A stretch of DNA of 37,809 bases from positions 1 through 37,809 of the forward strand of contig JBNGIO010005879.1 of NCBI GenBank assembly GCA_049999805.1, in the 5' to 3' direction. This stretch comes from Folioceros fuciformis. Taxonomy: Eukaryota. Within the stretch, counting starts at the first letter, position 1, and every line of letters starts with the position of its first letter. Below, piece after piece: positions 1 through 14,119 of this stretch. Position numbers and translations under genes: made by a program. The notes under the pieces are model-generated. The model had not been told where the DNA came from. It did no database searches and worked only from the letters and a program-made list of their open reading frames with translations.

Positions 1-302
1 GCTTATTGAGTTTGTACTAATTAGTGGTAAGAGTGATTAAGGTTATGATTAATATATATATATATAGCTTATTAGACTTTGCTATGTTAGGCAAAAAAAA
101 GTATTGTAGGGTTTGGGGTCATTTATCCCATATTGGGCACGAAATGAGAGTGCCACCCATAGGTCCATAAAAGAAGGGATGAACCCACTTAGTATATGTA
201 GTCTAACTCCCTCTTCACTTGTATTGTATTGTTTTTGTAATTTTCCTTTTTATTTGAGTTTAAGAGCCTTGTTATAGTGCTCTTAGTTTTGGGATTCTAC
301 AT

Positions 303-378
303 CTTGCTTCAACTAACTTATTTTAACCTCCTTTTTTAACCTTGCTTCAACTAACTTGTTTTAACCTCCTTTTTTAAC
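303..378. repeat. 38-bp tandem duplication (2 copies, 1 mismatch) in AT-rich flank
   Basis: cttgcttcaactaactt(a/g)ttttaacctccttttttaac at 303-340 and 341-378. The region 1-560 is AT-rich with an (AT)n run at ~52-66. Confidence 0.85.
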
Positions 379-1033
379 CTCCTTTGAGCATGGCGGGGGT
401 GACATCTCAACAGGTTACCCATCATGGGCCAATAGGTGTGAGTAGTATCTACTAATTATCTTACTTGGGTTCTTTGTGCTGTTGCACATTTTGGGTGAGA
501 TATATATTGATTATTTACAAAAAATATTTTTTACATAACAATAAATTATTTGCTACGCAACAAGAATTGTAAGTTACCTACACAAATAGGTACTGTACGG
601 ACATCCCCTGGGTCGTGGGACTTGGTCCCTACTATGGTTACATTTGGGAAACGGGACCGCATCTCATCTCATCCCGGCCTTTGTATCTTCAGGTCGTTAT
701 GAAAGCGCCCGGGGAGGAATACGTGAAGGGAAGCAAGGCAACGCACGAGACTCAGCCGCTGGGTGGAAGCACAAACTGGACAGAAGCTCCTCACCTGGAC
801 CGAGCATCTGGGTGGCGTACTGGACTTGTGTATGACGGTGCACAGCAGGAAGATTGGCCCACATTTCATTCGCCTCGGTTGATGCCTTGCATGAACTCGG
901 TGCCACGGTTCTGCGGCAGCGGGAGGAACCCAGGGGACTGTGCTCCCACTTGGGCAACAGCTCAGAGGACAGTAGCAGTGCGGGGGGCAGCCAGAGCTTG
1001 GGAGAATCCGAGATTTGCTGAGTTTGCCCAGCG

Positions 1034-2718
1034 ATGGCCACGCCAGGCAAAGCCGTGGCTCCGGGAAAGAAGGCCTCGCAGGCAGCTGTTGCCCCAGCCG
1101 CTGCCAGGGCATCGTTGTCCAAGAGGGCTTCCAAATCGGTCGCGCAGCCTGGTGACCCTGTTGCGGCCGATGCCGCAGCGCCTGTGGCACCCCCCGAGCC
1201 TCCTCCTCCCCCCCCCAAACCGGGGTTCGCGAACCGGACCGGGATGGATCTCTTGCCCTTGCAGCAATTGGATTTCCACTGGGCCGAATGGAAGGATCCG
1301 GAGGGTGTGGAGAAATTCAAGAAGTCCGTGACAGAGATGACGCTGGCCTTCATCAAACCCGATGCTGTGGCCAAGGGACACGCTCACGAGATCCAGTACA
1401 TGATCCACACGAATGGTTTTGTCAAGATTGCCTGCAAGCATGTGCATGTATTGGGCTTCTCTTCTCCCAAACGGTGTCTTCAGTCTTGAGTAGCACCCTC
1501 CATTGTTGCTCATATCCTGCATCTCGTCCCGCCTTGCGATGCCACCGTGACTGGCCCTCTCACTGCTGGCACTTTCGATTGGCACCGTGGCTTTGATTTG
1601 GTGCAGCTCACCCGTTTGAGAGCAGCAGAGTTCTACAAGGAGCATGCCAGCAAACCCTACTTCAATTCTATAGTCAGATATTTGAGCAGGTAAGAGTGTT
1701 TCTTGGTGGACAGACACATGACATTGTACGTACACCCTCTCGTGTGATTCAGAAGATGTGCTCACAGTACCCTATTAGTAAGCTTGTCTCGACCGCAGCG
1801 GCCCGATATACGTATTTGTACTCCAAAAAGAGCACGCTGTGGAAGCATGGAGGACGTTGATGGGTCCCAAGGACTGCATCAGAGCCCGCAAGGAAGCTCC
1901 CAAGAGGTCTCTTTCCGCTGTTTCCTTCCTGCAGTCGTGTGAGTTACGGAGTGACGTACGTTGTTGTTGCTGCTTGCTATTCAAAGTTGTGGTGTGTGGC
2001 TTAGATGAGGCTCATACAACAGCTAGTGCTACCTCATTGCAGCATTCGTGCTCTTTTTGGATTGGATGGACGATATAATGCAGTTCATGGCAGTGACACG
2101 GCCAAACATGTGTACCGAGAGATCAGATTTTTCTTTCCTTGGCCTAATAGTAATATCTTGGTCACAGGGTCGCGCATTGTTCTCGTCTGGTTGTCACGTC
2201 TTGATCGTTTTCTTGTCTCCCAGCATGTCGTACTCACGCTCTCACGAGCTCGTCCTTGCCTCCCACAGTTCCTCTGGAGCCGATTCTTTCGGCGGCTGAA
2301 TGCAATGTATACTTCCAGACCCACCTGCAGGGCATAGTTACAAGGGCACTCACTGAGCTTGCCAAGCGAAAGCCTTCATCGGATCCCCTTGAGGCTATCG
2401 TATCTTTTCTGTGTGCAGTCTTGCCTGATAGGATACACTTTCAAGGCCCATGGTGCTCCTTGTCGTCTTGAGGTGAGTGAGACTTAACACCTTGACGCAG
2501 GAATGGTTGGCGACATGGCTCCAAGAGAATAACCCAAAACAACCTTATGTTGCCGCCAATGTGAAGGCGGTCGAGACTGTCTGTAAGTAGCCTTCCCCTC
2601 TCGCTGACGATTTGCTAATCCTGCTTGGGAAGAACCAACAAAGCCAGCTTGTTGTTGGTGCACAGGGGACAGAGAAGTGTACCCCAGAAACATTGCGACT
2701 CCGCCAACTCCAGTGTAG
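1034..2718 (+). CDS. NME5: Nucleoside diphosphate kinase homolog 5 (NDK5/NME5, radial spoke RSP23-like) with C-terminal Dpy-30 domain
   Basis: Exons 1034-1447, 1607-1689, 1799-1906, 2043-2149, 2269-2399, 2501-2582, 2666-2718, all GT-AG and phase-compatible. Motifs TLAFIKPDAV, EFYKEHASKPYF, SGP, WRTLMGP, IRALFG, NAVHGSD (catalytic His), then Dpy-30-like TRALTELAKRKPSSDPLEAIEWLATWLQENNP. The last exon is less certain; the unspliced alternative stops at 2590. Confidence 0.85.
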
Positions 2719-3370
2719 GCACAATCTCAGTGAACACAGTTAAGCGGTAGGGCAAGCGTAACTATGGCCAACGACGGCCAAAGGGAGAGCAGCATTTGGC
2801 ACCATAATCTTTGTTCCATACTTCATATGCATCAATAGGTTTGCTCACCAGCATCCTGCTGGCTTCGTTCCCGAACTTACATACAATGCACTGAGCGGGG
2901 ACGCGACACGTAAAAGTAAAATCTGCGAACTCGAACCAAGAACCAATGACCTTGCAAGGCATCGTCGCTGTAGGCTGCACGTCATTGGCCCTTGGCCAAG
3001 GGCTCCTATTTGCTGCTGGTGCACCTTCAATTCGGTCCGATTGAAGAACGCCACGCCGAACTTCCGTTCTGTCGATTGACGTGGTCAGAAGAGGAATTGT
3101 CACCTGGATTCTGGCATGGATTCTGGAGACGCGTCACCTGCTGGCAATGCTGTCACACGATGTGTCTCCGCTTAGCTGTATATACAGGCTCAGCTCTGCT
3201 GCCTTGCATTGTATTCCTATCTGTGGACGTTCTTCGACCTGCAGACTACAGTGCCGACAATCGAGAGATAGTCATTTCATTGTTGTAGCGCTGGAAACAT
3301 CTAGTCTCTGGTCCGGGCCTTCGAGTGGGTTGTGACGGTCTTGCAGCAAGACTATTCTAAGGCAGTATTC

Positions 3371-4165
3371 ATGGCAGCAACGAAGCGGCTCGCAGCACCC
3401 ACTGCTCTGGCAGGAAGCTCCCTCGCTGTCCTCTCGCCGGTGAGACCAAGCATGTCCGGGGCAAGCTTCGGTAACAGCGCGCCCACCTTCCGGAAGCACG
3501 TTTCCCTCGTGGTGCGAGCTGAGGGGAGCCCCCTCTCGAATTTTCGGGACTTGGGGAAGATCGCCGACAGCACCAAGGTGGAAATCACGCCCGAGGGAGT
3601 GCAGCGGCACATGCAGGAATCGGAATCTGAGAAGCGTTCCGTTATGGGTACCATTCCCAAGAGCGGCGCCACCATTCCCCGCCCGGAGATCGAAAGACGC
3701 CCTGAGACAGGCGACGCCTCCATCGTCAGCCAAATGCAGTTCGATGGAGCTGCTCCTGAGACCATCAACGGCCGCCTGGTAAAGCTCGATGCGAACTTCC
3801 TTCATCCGATTCTGGTTCTGTAAGCTTCTGGGAGTCGTTCCGACACCAACACGGGAATTGATGTCTGTCGGTGATTGCAGGCAATGGTAGGATTTGTGTG
3901 GGCACTTGTGGCGGAATACTTCACGCACAAGACCGTCTTGGAGCAGGCGGGTCCCGGAAGCCAAGGTCTCCTCTACTTCCTGGCAGTTTCACAGGTGCTT
4001 ATCTACGCCTCCCTGGTGCCCATTTTGCGAGGGGAGTCTCCTGACAGCCGGAAGAACGGTCCTTTCAATGCCAAGGCAGAGAGGTGGAATGGCCGTCTCG
4101 CCATGATCGGATTTGCCGGCCTGATTATCTCGGAAGTGGTGAGAGGATCAGCCCTTCTCCACTAG
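3371..4165 (+). CDS. ELIP: Early light-induced protein (LHC-like, chloroplast)
   Basis: Exons 3371-3778 and 3881-4165 (GT-AG, phase 0). Ser/Ala-rich transit peptide ending VVRA; two LHC motifs ETINGRLAMVGF and ERWNGRLAMIGF flank a middle TM helix. Confidence 0.92.
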
Positions 4166-4371
4166 ACCGAAATTAGTAGAGCTCGGGTTGTTGTCTTGTT
4201 GGCATACACTTATGTTCTCCGGAAACTGCTTGTACGGAGAAGGGAGGTAGATTACAAGCTTGGTGCGCAGTTGCAGCCTTCCACCTCTCTCGTCCCATTT
4301 CCAAGACGTGAAAGGATGGACGATTGTACAAATGCTGAATGTACATAACTTGGTTCTCAGTCCTCATTTCC

Positions 4372-5165
4372 TCATTGCATGCTATCGTAAAGTAGCAGAG
4401 CAAATGCCTCATCAGTCACCGTGACGTTGCGATACATTTGAAGTGCGTTCGCAAGGCTAGCTGCCAGCTGATGCTTGCACTGCCACAGGACATAACTTGG
4501 TAAAAACACTGTAGAAAATGTAACAACTCCCATGGTGAAGAAAGATGCTATGTGTCGATATACCCTCAAATGCTCCTCTTTGTTGACAACGTCGAACCAA
4601 AAACTCTGACACGAGCAGAAATGGGCAGGAAAGCACATGTAAAACTCGTTTGCCTTGGCCTTCGCCTCTCCCATAACCTAATACCGATCCCAGAAATGCG
4701 CAACGTCATGTGCTGACCGCTACACATCACCCCGAACACAGGTACGTGCAACTCCAACCTTGAAAACAGTCCTCTGGCTGGGCTCTGCGACAATCCGCTG
4801 CACACCTCCTCTCTCCAAGATTCGCAATGCTCGTTCCAGGTTGCGGTCGAAAAGGAAACGAAGACTACGTCATAGACACAGGGGCAGGGAAGATGGAAAT
4901 CAAATTAATGCAGGATGCGCAAGACAAAACCTAACCACAGAGTACGGTCCGTTAACTCTCACGCTGAGAGGTGCTCGTCCGTCACTGCCAAGAGCAAGAG
5001 GATAGTCAGCTTCCGGACAAAACTGGCCCGCTAGTGGAAGAATCAACACAAAGTGACCTAGAACTCACAGCCAGAATCCGGGTGGTGCACATGGAGGGCA
5101 TCGGAAGAAGCCTGGCAAGGACGGATGGAGGCGAAGATGGCATCTGCAGCAGCCGCCGCAGCCAT
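4372..5165 (-). CDS. ZSWIM7: Zinc finger SWIM domain-containing protein 7 (ZSWIM7/SWS1-like, homologous recombination), 148 aa
   Basis: Exons 5165-5069, 4984-4963, 4864-4759, 4677-4564, 4479-4372, all GT-AG and phase-compatible. Protein MAAAAAADAIF...TDEHLSALRFLFDRNLERALRILERGGVQRIVAEPSQRTVFKVMGE...YMCFPAHFCSCQSFWFDVVNKEEHLRCKHQLAA...; SWIM CxC-x15-CxH motif. Confidence 0.88.
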
Positions 5166-5644
5166 GGAAACGAACTTCCTTCGATGACGGCAAACCCTAG
5201 CAAACTATGAGTACACCATGCCATAACAGACAGGACTAGGGCCGCTATTGGAATCCCATTATATGGATTATGTCAGGTGACGCCCGCGAGTTGTGCTCGG
5301 CACGGACTTCGGGATTGATGTCAGTGGCTGGAGGGAGGGCGTCCAAGCAGCCTGTCCGGCGCGCGGATTTGATTGCCCTTTCCACTGGATCGAGTTGTCG
5401 TCATGTCTTTTCCTGTCCATCCTCCACGCCTCTCTTTCACTTTGTGGACACAAACAGAGGGGACATAGTCGTACCGTGCTGTCAGCGCCAATCTTATCAT
5501 GTGGGGGAAAGAGGAGAGCCTCCACCTCCAACTTCCCCTCCGTACCGCAGCCACTTGACCTCCAGGCTTTTCTACTCCAAGCAGCCGGTACTTGTGGCAA
5601 CAAAGAGTCTTATTTTCCCATCACCGAACGAGGTCGCTCCCAAC

Positions 5645-7352
5645 ATGGCGGATCCCCGACGCTCCGTTGGGGAGGAGGCCAGGGAGGCGCTCACAGTGGA
5701 CATGGCGGTGGAGAAGTACGTCGGGGAGTTTGGGCGGGGCCAGTTTCTGCACTTCGTGGTGGTGAGCCTGGCATGGACCGCGGAGGCCATGCACACTATG
5801 GTAATGATCTTCGCAGACAGGCTTCCCGACTGGCGATGCAGCCCCAGCTCCTCCGTCTGCAGCCCCAGCTCCTCCCTGTGCGACCTGAATCCGGGGGATT
5901 GGGAGTGGGTCCCCGGCAGGCACACCACCATCGTGTCCGAGTTCGGGCTGGTGTGCGGCCAGCAGTACAAGATCGGGCTGGTCGAATGCGCTTTCTTCGT
6001 TGGCTGCATCATCGGTATGTACATTTTCTCTCTGGGACCATTCCATCTCCCATGAACTTCGAGGCCGTCCGGCACTTCCAACTCATACCGGTTCGGCCGG
6101 GACACCACTTGCAGGAGCTGGCCTGTTCGGGAACCTGTCGGATTCGTTCTTGGGCCGTAAGGGCGGGCTGATGCTGGCGTCCCTCATGGCGGGCGCCTGT
6201 GGCGTTCTCACGTCCTTTGCTCCGACGTACTCCGCGTACCTGGCAATAAGGCTGGTGGCTGGGCTGAGCGTGGGCGGGGTCGGGCTCTGCTCCTTCGTGC
6301 TGGCCACGGAGCCCATCGGGCCGTCCAAGCGGGGGCCGGTGGGCATGTCCGCCTTCTACTTCTTCTCCACGGGCATCGTTTCAACGGTGGCCGCGGCCTA
6401 TTTCACTCAAACCTGGCGCAGCCTGTACCTTTCCATCTCTCTGGCCACTCTCGCCTACTCTGCGTTCGTTCTCCCCTTCGTGTCCGAGTCCCCGCGATGG
6501 TACCTGGTGAAGGGCCGGGCGGAGGAAGCCCTGGACGTGCTCCGGGGCCTAGCCCGGCGCAACCGCCGCTGTGTGCCGCCCGGGATCATGCTCGTTACGG
6601 ACGACGGTTTCTCACAACCGCATGCAGTAGCAATAGATGCAGTGGAAGAGGGAACTGACACATGCGCTGCTGTAACAGCGGCAGTAAACGCAAAGGCTGT
6701 CGGGAGCCTGGTGGAAGTGTTCGTGACGCCCATCACCCGGTGGAGGATGGTGATGATGATTGTAATTTGGTTCACGTGCACGATGGTGTACTACGGGATT
6801 AACCTGAACGTGGTGAACTTGGGCTTCAATATCTACCTCAGCGTGCTCCTCAACGGGCTGGTGGAGGTACCAGCGATGGCCATCACGACGCTGCTGCTAG
6901 GACGCGCGGGGAGGCGGACGCTGGTGGTGACCACCATGCTGCTCGGCGGGACCAGCTGCCTGGTGGCCACTATCTTCGCGGGTGGGAAATCCGGTGACCT
7001 GGCGCTGGGCTTCATACCCCGGCCTCTGGCCCGGCTACTCTGCGGGATGGCGGCCATCTCCGGCATGGCGGGCACCTACACTCTCATCTTCATCTACACT
7101 TGCGAGTTGTTCCCGACTGTGGTGCGGAATGCCGCGCTGGGGCTCGCCGCGCAGGCCGGGCAGGTGGGCTCCATCACCGCGCCCCTCATCATACTCCTGG
7201 GCGACTACACTTCCTCTCTGCCGTTCGTCGTCTTCGGTGTTGCGAGCATCATCGGATCCCTCTCCGCTATCAGCCTTCCCGAGACCCTCAACCAGCCTCT
7301 CTGGGACACTATGGAAGGGCTGGAGAAAGGTGCAGTAGCGGAGGATCTGTAG
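5645..7352 (+). CDS. Organic cation/carnitine transporter (MFS, plant OCT family)
   Basis: Exons 5645-6014 and 6115-7352 (phase 1). Motifs GEFGRGQ, Cys-rich loop with EFGLVC, LSDSFLGRK, ESPRWY, ELFPTVVRN, LPET; multiple hydrophobic TM segments. Confidence 0.92.
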
Positions 7353-7398
7353 TTTAGTAAGTATGATTTAATTATTACTTTCAAAAGATATTACCAGT

Positions 7399-7415
7399 GC
7401 TGGAGTAGCTCAGTT

Positions 7416-7448
<33 letters not shown>

Positions 7449-7472
7449 AAGGTTCAAGCCCTTCCTCTAGCG
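7399..7472 (+). tRNA. trnN-GUU: tRNA-Asn (anticodon GTT), nuclear type, intronless
   Basis: Acceptor stem GCTGGAG/CTCTAGC; D-arm AGCTCAGTTGGTTAGAGC; anticodon arm TGTGG-CT-GTT-AA-CCACA (GTT at 7433-7435); T-arm GAAGG-TTCAAGC-CCTTC; Pol III T-run at 7502-7506. Confidence 0.97.
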
Positions 7473-7697
7473 CATCGGTATGCATCCAACCTGGCAGCGA
7501 CTTTTTCCTACCACCTCCCAGCCCACGAGACAAGGGCGGGCGTAAGTTGATTCCAATTCTGGGAGGATAAGCAGCTACGATGCAATCTATGCACCCTGCC
7601 CGTGGTGAAAAAGAAAACAGTGCAATTTTGACAAGTCGGCCATCTCTTGCGAATCAAATGGAGGCAACCAAATCTCTCTTTACAAGGTCTCGAAACA

Positions 7698-10295
7698 TTA
7701 GGTGTCATGGTTTTGGTTTTGATTGAGCAAACTCCGATGCCTACCATATATACCTTCGCTCTCCGAATGGCTCCTATGCCCAACCAGGAAAGTATGCACG
7801 AGTCCGTCCATGTCGGTCCACCAGGTCTGGCCTGGCTGCTTCCAAGCTCCAGCTCTTACTCGCCTCGCCTGCAGCTCGTGTGCTTCCTCCCACATTTGGG
7901 CACCGATGTAAACGTTTGACATCAACACGAAAGCCGCTTCATCTTTTGCGTCCAGCTTCATTGCTTCTTCGAAAGCATAGCGCCCCACCTCCACGTTGCA
8001 CCACTTTCGACAAGCAGCCAAGAGAGTGTGCCAGACAACGTCATGTGGCTGCATGGGCATTGCCCTTATCATTTCTACTGCTTGGTCGAGTTTGCCAGCA
8101 CGGCCCAGAATATCGACCATGCATGCGTAGTGCTCTGCCGTGGGATCGACGTTGTAGGTCTTGCTCATGGCCTCGAAGTAATCCTGCCCTTTGTTCACTA
8201 GCCCGGCATGACTGCAGACGGTTAGCACACTTAGAAAGGTGAAGCCATTCGGGGGCACGCCATCTTCCCTCATTGATTGAATCAGAACAAACACCACATC
8301 GCTGTCCCCTTGCCGGGTGTATCCTGCAATCAGGGCATTCCAAGCGAAGTCGTCTCGTTCGGGCATAGCATCAAACACTTGCTGCGCTTCAACCATGCTC
8401 CCAGACTTCGCGTACATGTTTATCAAACCAGTGGCTACATAGACATCAGTTTCCAGCCCCTTTTCTTTGATCTGTACGTGAAGCTGCCTTCCTGCTTGCA
8501 GAGCCGCCACGCTTGCACATGCTTGCAGGACGGACAAAAACGTTACTGCATCCGCTGCAGCAACGCCTTCTTCTTGCATAGCACTGTAAAGCCGAAGGGC
8601 TTCCTGATCCATACCGTGCTGGGAGTATCCGGATATCATGACATTCCATGTCACCACGTCTTTCTCAATGAGACTGTCGAACACCCTCTCAGCATCTTTC
8701 AGGCTGCCGCACTTTGCATACATGGCTATTAGGTTGTTTCCAACAGTCAGGTCAGCTTGAACACCCTGTTCCTGTATCTGTGCGTGAAGTTGCTTACCCG
8801 TCTCCAAAGCTGGGTTACCCACACTAGCACATGCCTGCAGGAGACACACAAATGTAACAGCGTCTGGTGCACCCATCCCTTCCTCTTGCATAGCACTGTA
8901 CAGACCAAGAGCTTTCTGCTGCATGCCCTCATGAGAGTATCCTGCTATCAGAGCAGTCCATGTCACCACATTTTTCTCCTTCAGTCCGTCAAACACAAGC
9001 TGCGCATCCAGCAGACTTCCACACTTCACATACATGTTTACTAGGCTGCAACCTAGAACGACATCAGCCTCAAGTCCATCTTTTCCAATCTGTTCATGAA
9101 GCTGCTTCCCCTTCTCCAAAGCAGAGACACCCACAATAGCGCACGCCTGCAAGAGAGACACAAATGTCACAGAACTGGGTGCAACTTTGCCTTCTGGTTG
9201 CATAGCAGAGTGGAGACGAAGGGCTTCCTGACCCATGCCTTCCTGGGAATATGCTGCTATCATGGCATTCCACGTCACCACATTTTTATCCCCAAGGCCA
9301 TCAAAGACCCTCTGAGCATCCTCTAGGCTGCCACACTTTCCATACATGTTTATCAAACTGTTGGCTACAAACAAATCCGATTGAAGGTCTTTCCCTTTAA
9401 TCTGTGCATGAAGCTGTCTCCCCTCCTCCAAAGCTTGCGTTCCTAGACTTGAACATGCCTGCAGGAGGGAAGAAAATGTCAAAGAGTTAGGAGCAGCAAA
9501 AGCGTCTTCTTGCATGGCGCTGTAAAGACGAAAGGCCTCCTGACCCATGCCCTGCTTGGAATATCCTGCTATCATAGCGTTCCAGGTCACCACATCTTTC
9601 AGGGCAAGCCGGTCAAACACCCTTTTAGCATCATCCAGGCCGCCACACTTGGCATACATATCCACCAAGGAATTAAGAACAAACAAATCGGGCTCACCCC
9701 CATTGGCCAACACATGAGCATGCACCTCCTGCCCAGTGTTCAGGTCTCCTCCTCTTGCACAAGCTTGGAGAGCTGCTACCAACACATGGCCATCAGGCTT
9801 CACGCCCGACCTGCGCATTTGATGATACAGCTGTATGGCCTCCTTAGATCGGCCATGTTTGACATGAGCAGAAATTATAGACGACCACATGAAGGCATCC
9901 GGTTTGGCAACCATGGTGAACACATCCATCGCTTCTTGCAACCTGGCACGGGCAGCATACATTCGCAGAAAATGGTTGCACAGGAATGTGTCCAACTCAT
10001 ACCCCCTTGTAACGCTGAGAGCATGAACTCGGCGACCTAGAGGCAAATCCTTCTTATCCACACACAGTTTCAGAACAGCGTAGACGAGATTTTTGGAGAC
10101 ACGATACTGCGTCTGCACCAGAACTCCCAGAGCCTCAACAGCCTCAGAGAGCCGGCCCTGCTGGCATAATTTGCTCACAACTTTCACGGTTGCGGCCCTC
10201 TCTCCTGCAGGGCTGCCAGGGTCAGTCTTATCCAGCAGACTCGGATTGGACGTACTGGCTCGACCCCCCAACAACTGCACATCTTGAAGGGCCAT
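7698..10295 (-). CDS. PLS-class PPR protein 1 (E1-E2 plus truncated WW-type PG box/E+; no DYW catalytic motifs)
   Basis: Single long ORF with 6 P-L-S triplets (VTWNAMIAGY / FxxLLQACA / LINMYAKCG), E-domain VWHTLLAAC and PG box KQPGQTWWTD, with a stop ~39 aa later. The track start at 10337 is TTG; the first in-frame ATG is 10295, and an upstream exon is possible. Confidence 0.92.
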   Translation of the reverse strand: MALQDVQLLGGRASTSNPSLLDKTDPGSPAGERAATVKVVSKLCQQGRLSEAVEALGVLVQTQYRVSKNLVYAVLKLCVDKKDLPLGRRVHALSVTRGYELDTFLCNHFLRMYAARARLQEAMDVFTMVAKPDAFMWSSIISAHVKHGRSKEAIQLYHQMRRSGVKPDGHVLVAALQACARGGDLNTGQEVHAHVLANGGEPDLFVLNSLVDMYAKCGGLDDAKRVFDRLALKDVVTWNAMIAGYSKQGMGQEAFRLYSAMQEDAFAAPNSLTFSSLLQACSSLGTQALEEGRQLHAQIKGKDLQSDLFVANSLINMYGKCGSLEDAQRVFDGLGDKNVVTWNAMIAAYSQEGMGQEALRLHSAMQPEGKVAPSSVTFVSLLQACAIVGVSALEKGKQLHEQIGKDGLEADVVLGCSLVNMYVKCGSLLDAQLVFDGLKEKNVVTWTALIAGYSHEGMQQKALGLYSAMQEEGMGAPDAVTFVCLLQACASVGNPALETGKQLHAQIQEQGVQADLTVGNNLIAMYAKCGSLKDAERVFDSLIEKDVVTWNVMISGYSQHGMDQEALRLYSAMQEEGVAAADAVTFLSVLQACASVAALQAGRQLHVQIKEKGLETDVYVATGLINMYAKSGSMVEAQQVFDAMPERDDFAWNALIAGYTRQGDSDVVFVLIQSMREDGVPPNGFTFLSVLTVCSHAGLVNKGQDYFEAMSKTYNVDPTAEHYACMVDILGRAGKLDQAVEMIRAMPMQPHDVVWHTLLAACRKWCNVEVGRYAFEEAMKLDAKDEAAFVLMSNVYIGAQMWEEAHELQARRVRAGAWKQPGQTWWTDMDGLVHTFLVGHRSHSESEGIYGRHRSLLNQNQNHDT

Positions 10296-10758
10296 CCTCA
10301 CATCCACCCGACCTGGCTTCCATTGCACATCACTCAACCTCGTTCCTTACTGGCCCGGAGCTGGTTCTAAAAGACCACCTTCAAACATTTTCAGTCCCAA
10401 GCTCTCTGGTTCGTCGTAGTCCTTCCCTCATCATGTCAACACCTCGAACGAGCTTGCAAGTCTGCTCTTAATTTCAGCATTATTTGTCATTGATTGATAC
10501 ACTTGATTGTGAATTCTTGTCTCCGGGCCTAAACCCAGTATGGGAGACGTCGGGTGAGCTTGCACCGTAAGAAAGCACGTGAGGACTTTCTGCGAGTTCG
10601 GGCCCAAGAGCGTACCAGCTCCAGGAGGATTGATCGTTGTCCTTTGAAATCATGAGCTACTGAAAAAGGCACTCTGGATTTCGTGCCAACTATATGTGTT
10701 TGCAAACATGGAAAACGGCTGGAAGGACGGTTTATCGATCTGACAAAAATGACCTGCT

Positions 10759-13621
<2,863 letters not shown>

Positions 13622-14119
13622 TCAGTAGGGCAAAACCATATTTCAGAGGACGGCAGATCATCCACAGGTGGTATTTGTTGTAATGAATACACCCGATGCT
13701 TTCGATGGGCAAATCAAACGCAACAACAGCCACTGCCCAAGATATGGGACATCTTGCAAGTTGAGATTTTAAAGAGCTGCATGAGTTACGAGTGGCGAAT
13801 CACACGTCTCAAACTACTCCACACAGGGACTTCCATGGCTCTAGTCCTTCGCTGCTGGTGGCCTGTGCAGATGTCATCTCACATCGCAGCCCCAGGATCC
13901 AAAAGCAATGCTCAACTAAGCGGCAAACTACTTATATTGATAGCATGAAAACGCCTTCATATTAACACCAATAGGTGTTAGATTTTATTGATAGGAAGTT
14001 GTAAAATGTGAGAAAGACACAGTAGCAAATGGAAAGAGACTCCATGTACATCATCGTCCCCTTCTTGCTCCTGTGCCTGCACAATCTGTGGAGGAACAAG
14101 ATGTCAACAACGCGCAAAC

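Noticed and set aside
615..1765. Long ORFs 615-1331(+), 697-1374(-), 962-1765(-)
   Set aside because: Shadow frames of the GC-rich NDK5 exon 1; no recognisable domains.
5270..6171. ORF extensions upstream of or overlapping OCT (5270 start; 5293-6171)
   Set aside because: OCT homology begins near ATG 5645; the 5293 ORF is an alternate GC-rich frame.
7508..7697. Possible frameshifted DYW remnant downstream of PPR-1 (also checked after PPR-2 and PPR-3)
   Set aside because: No HxE, CxxC or DYW-like motif seen in the frames inspected.
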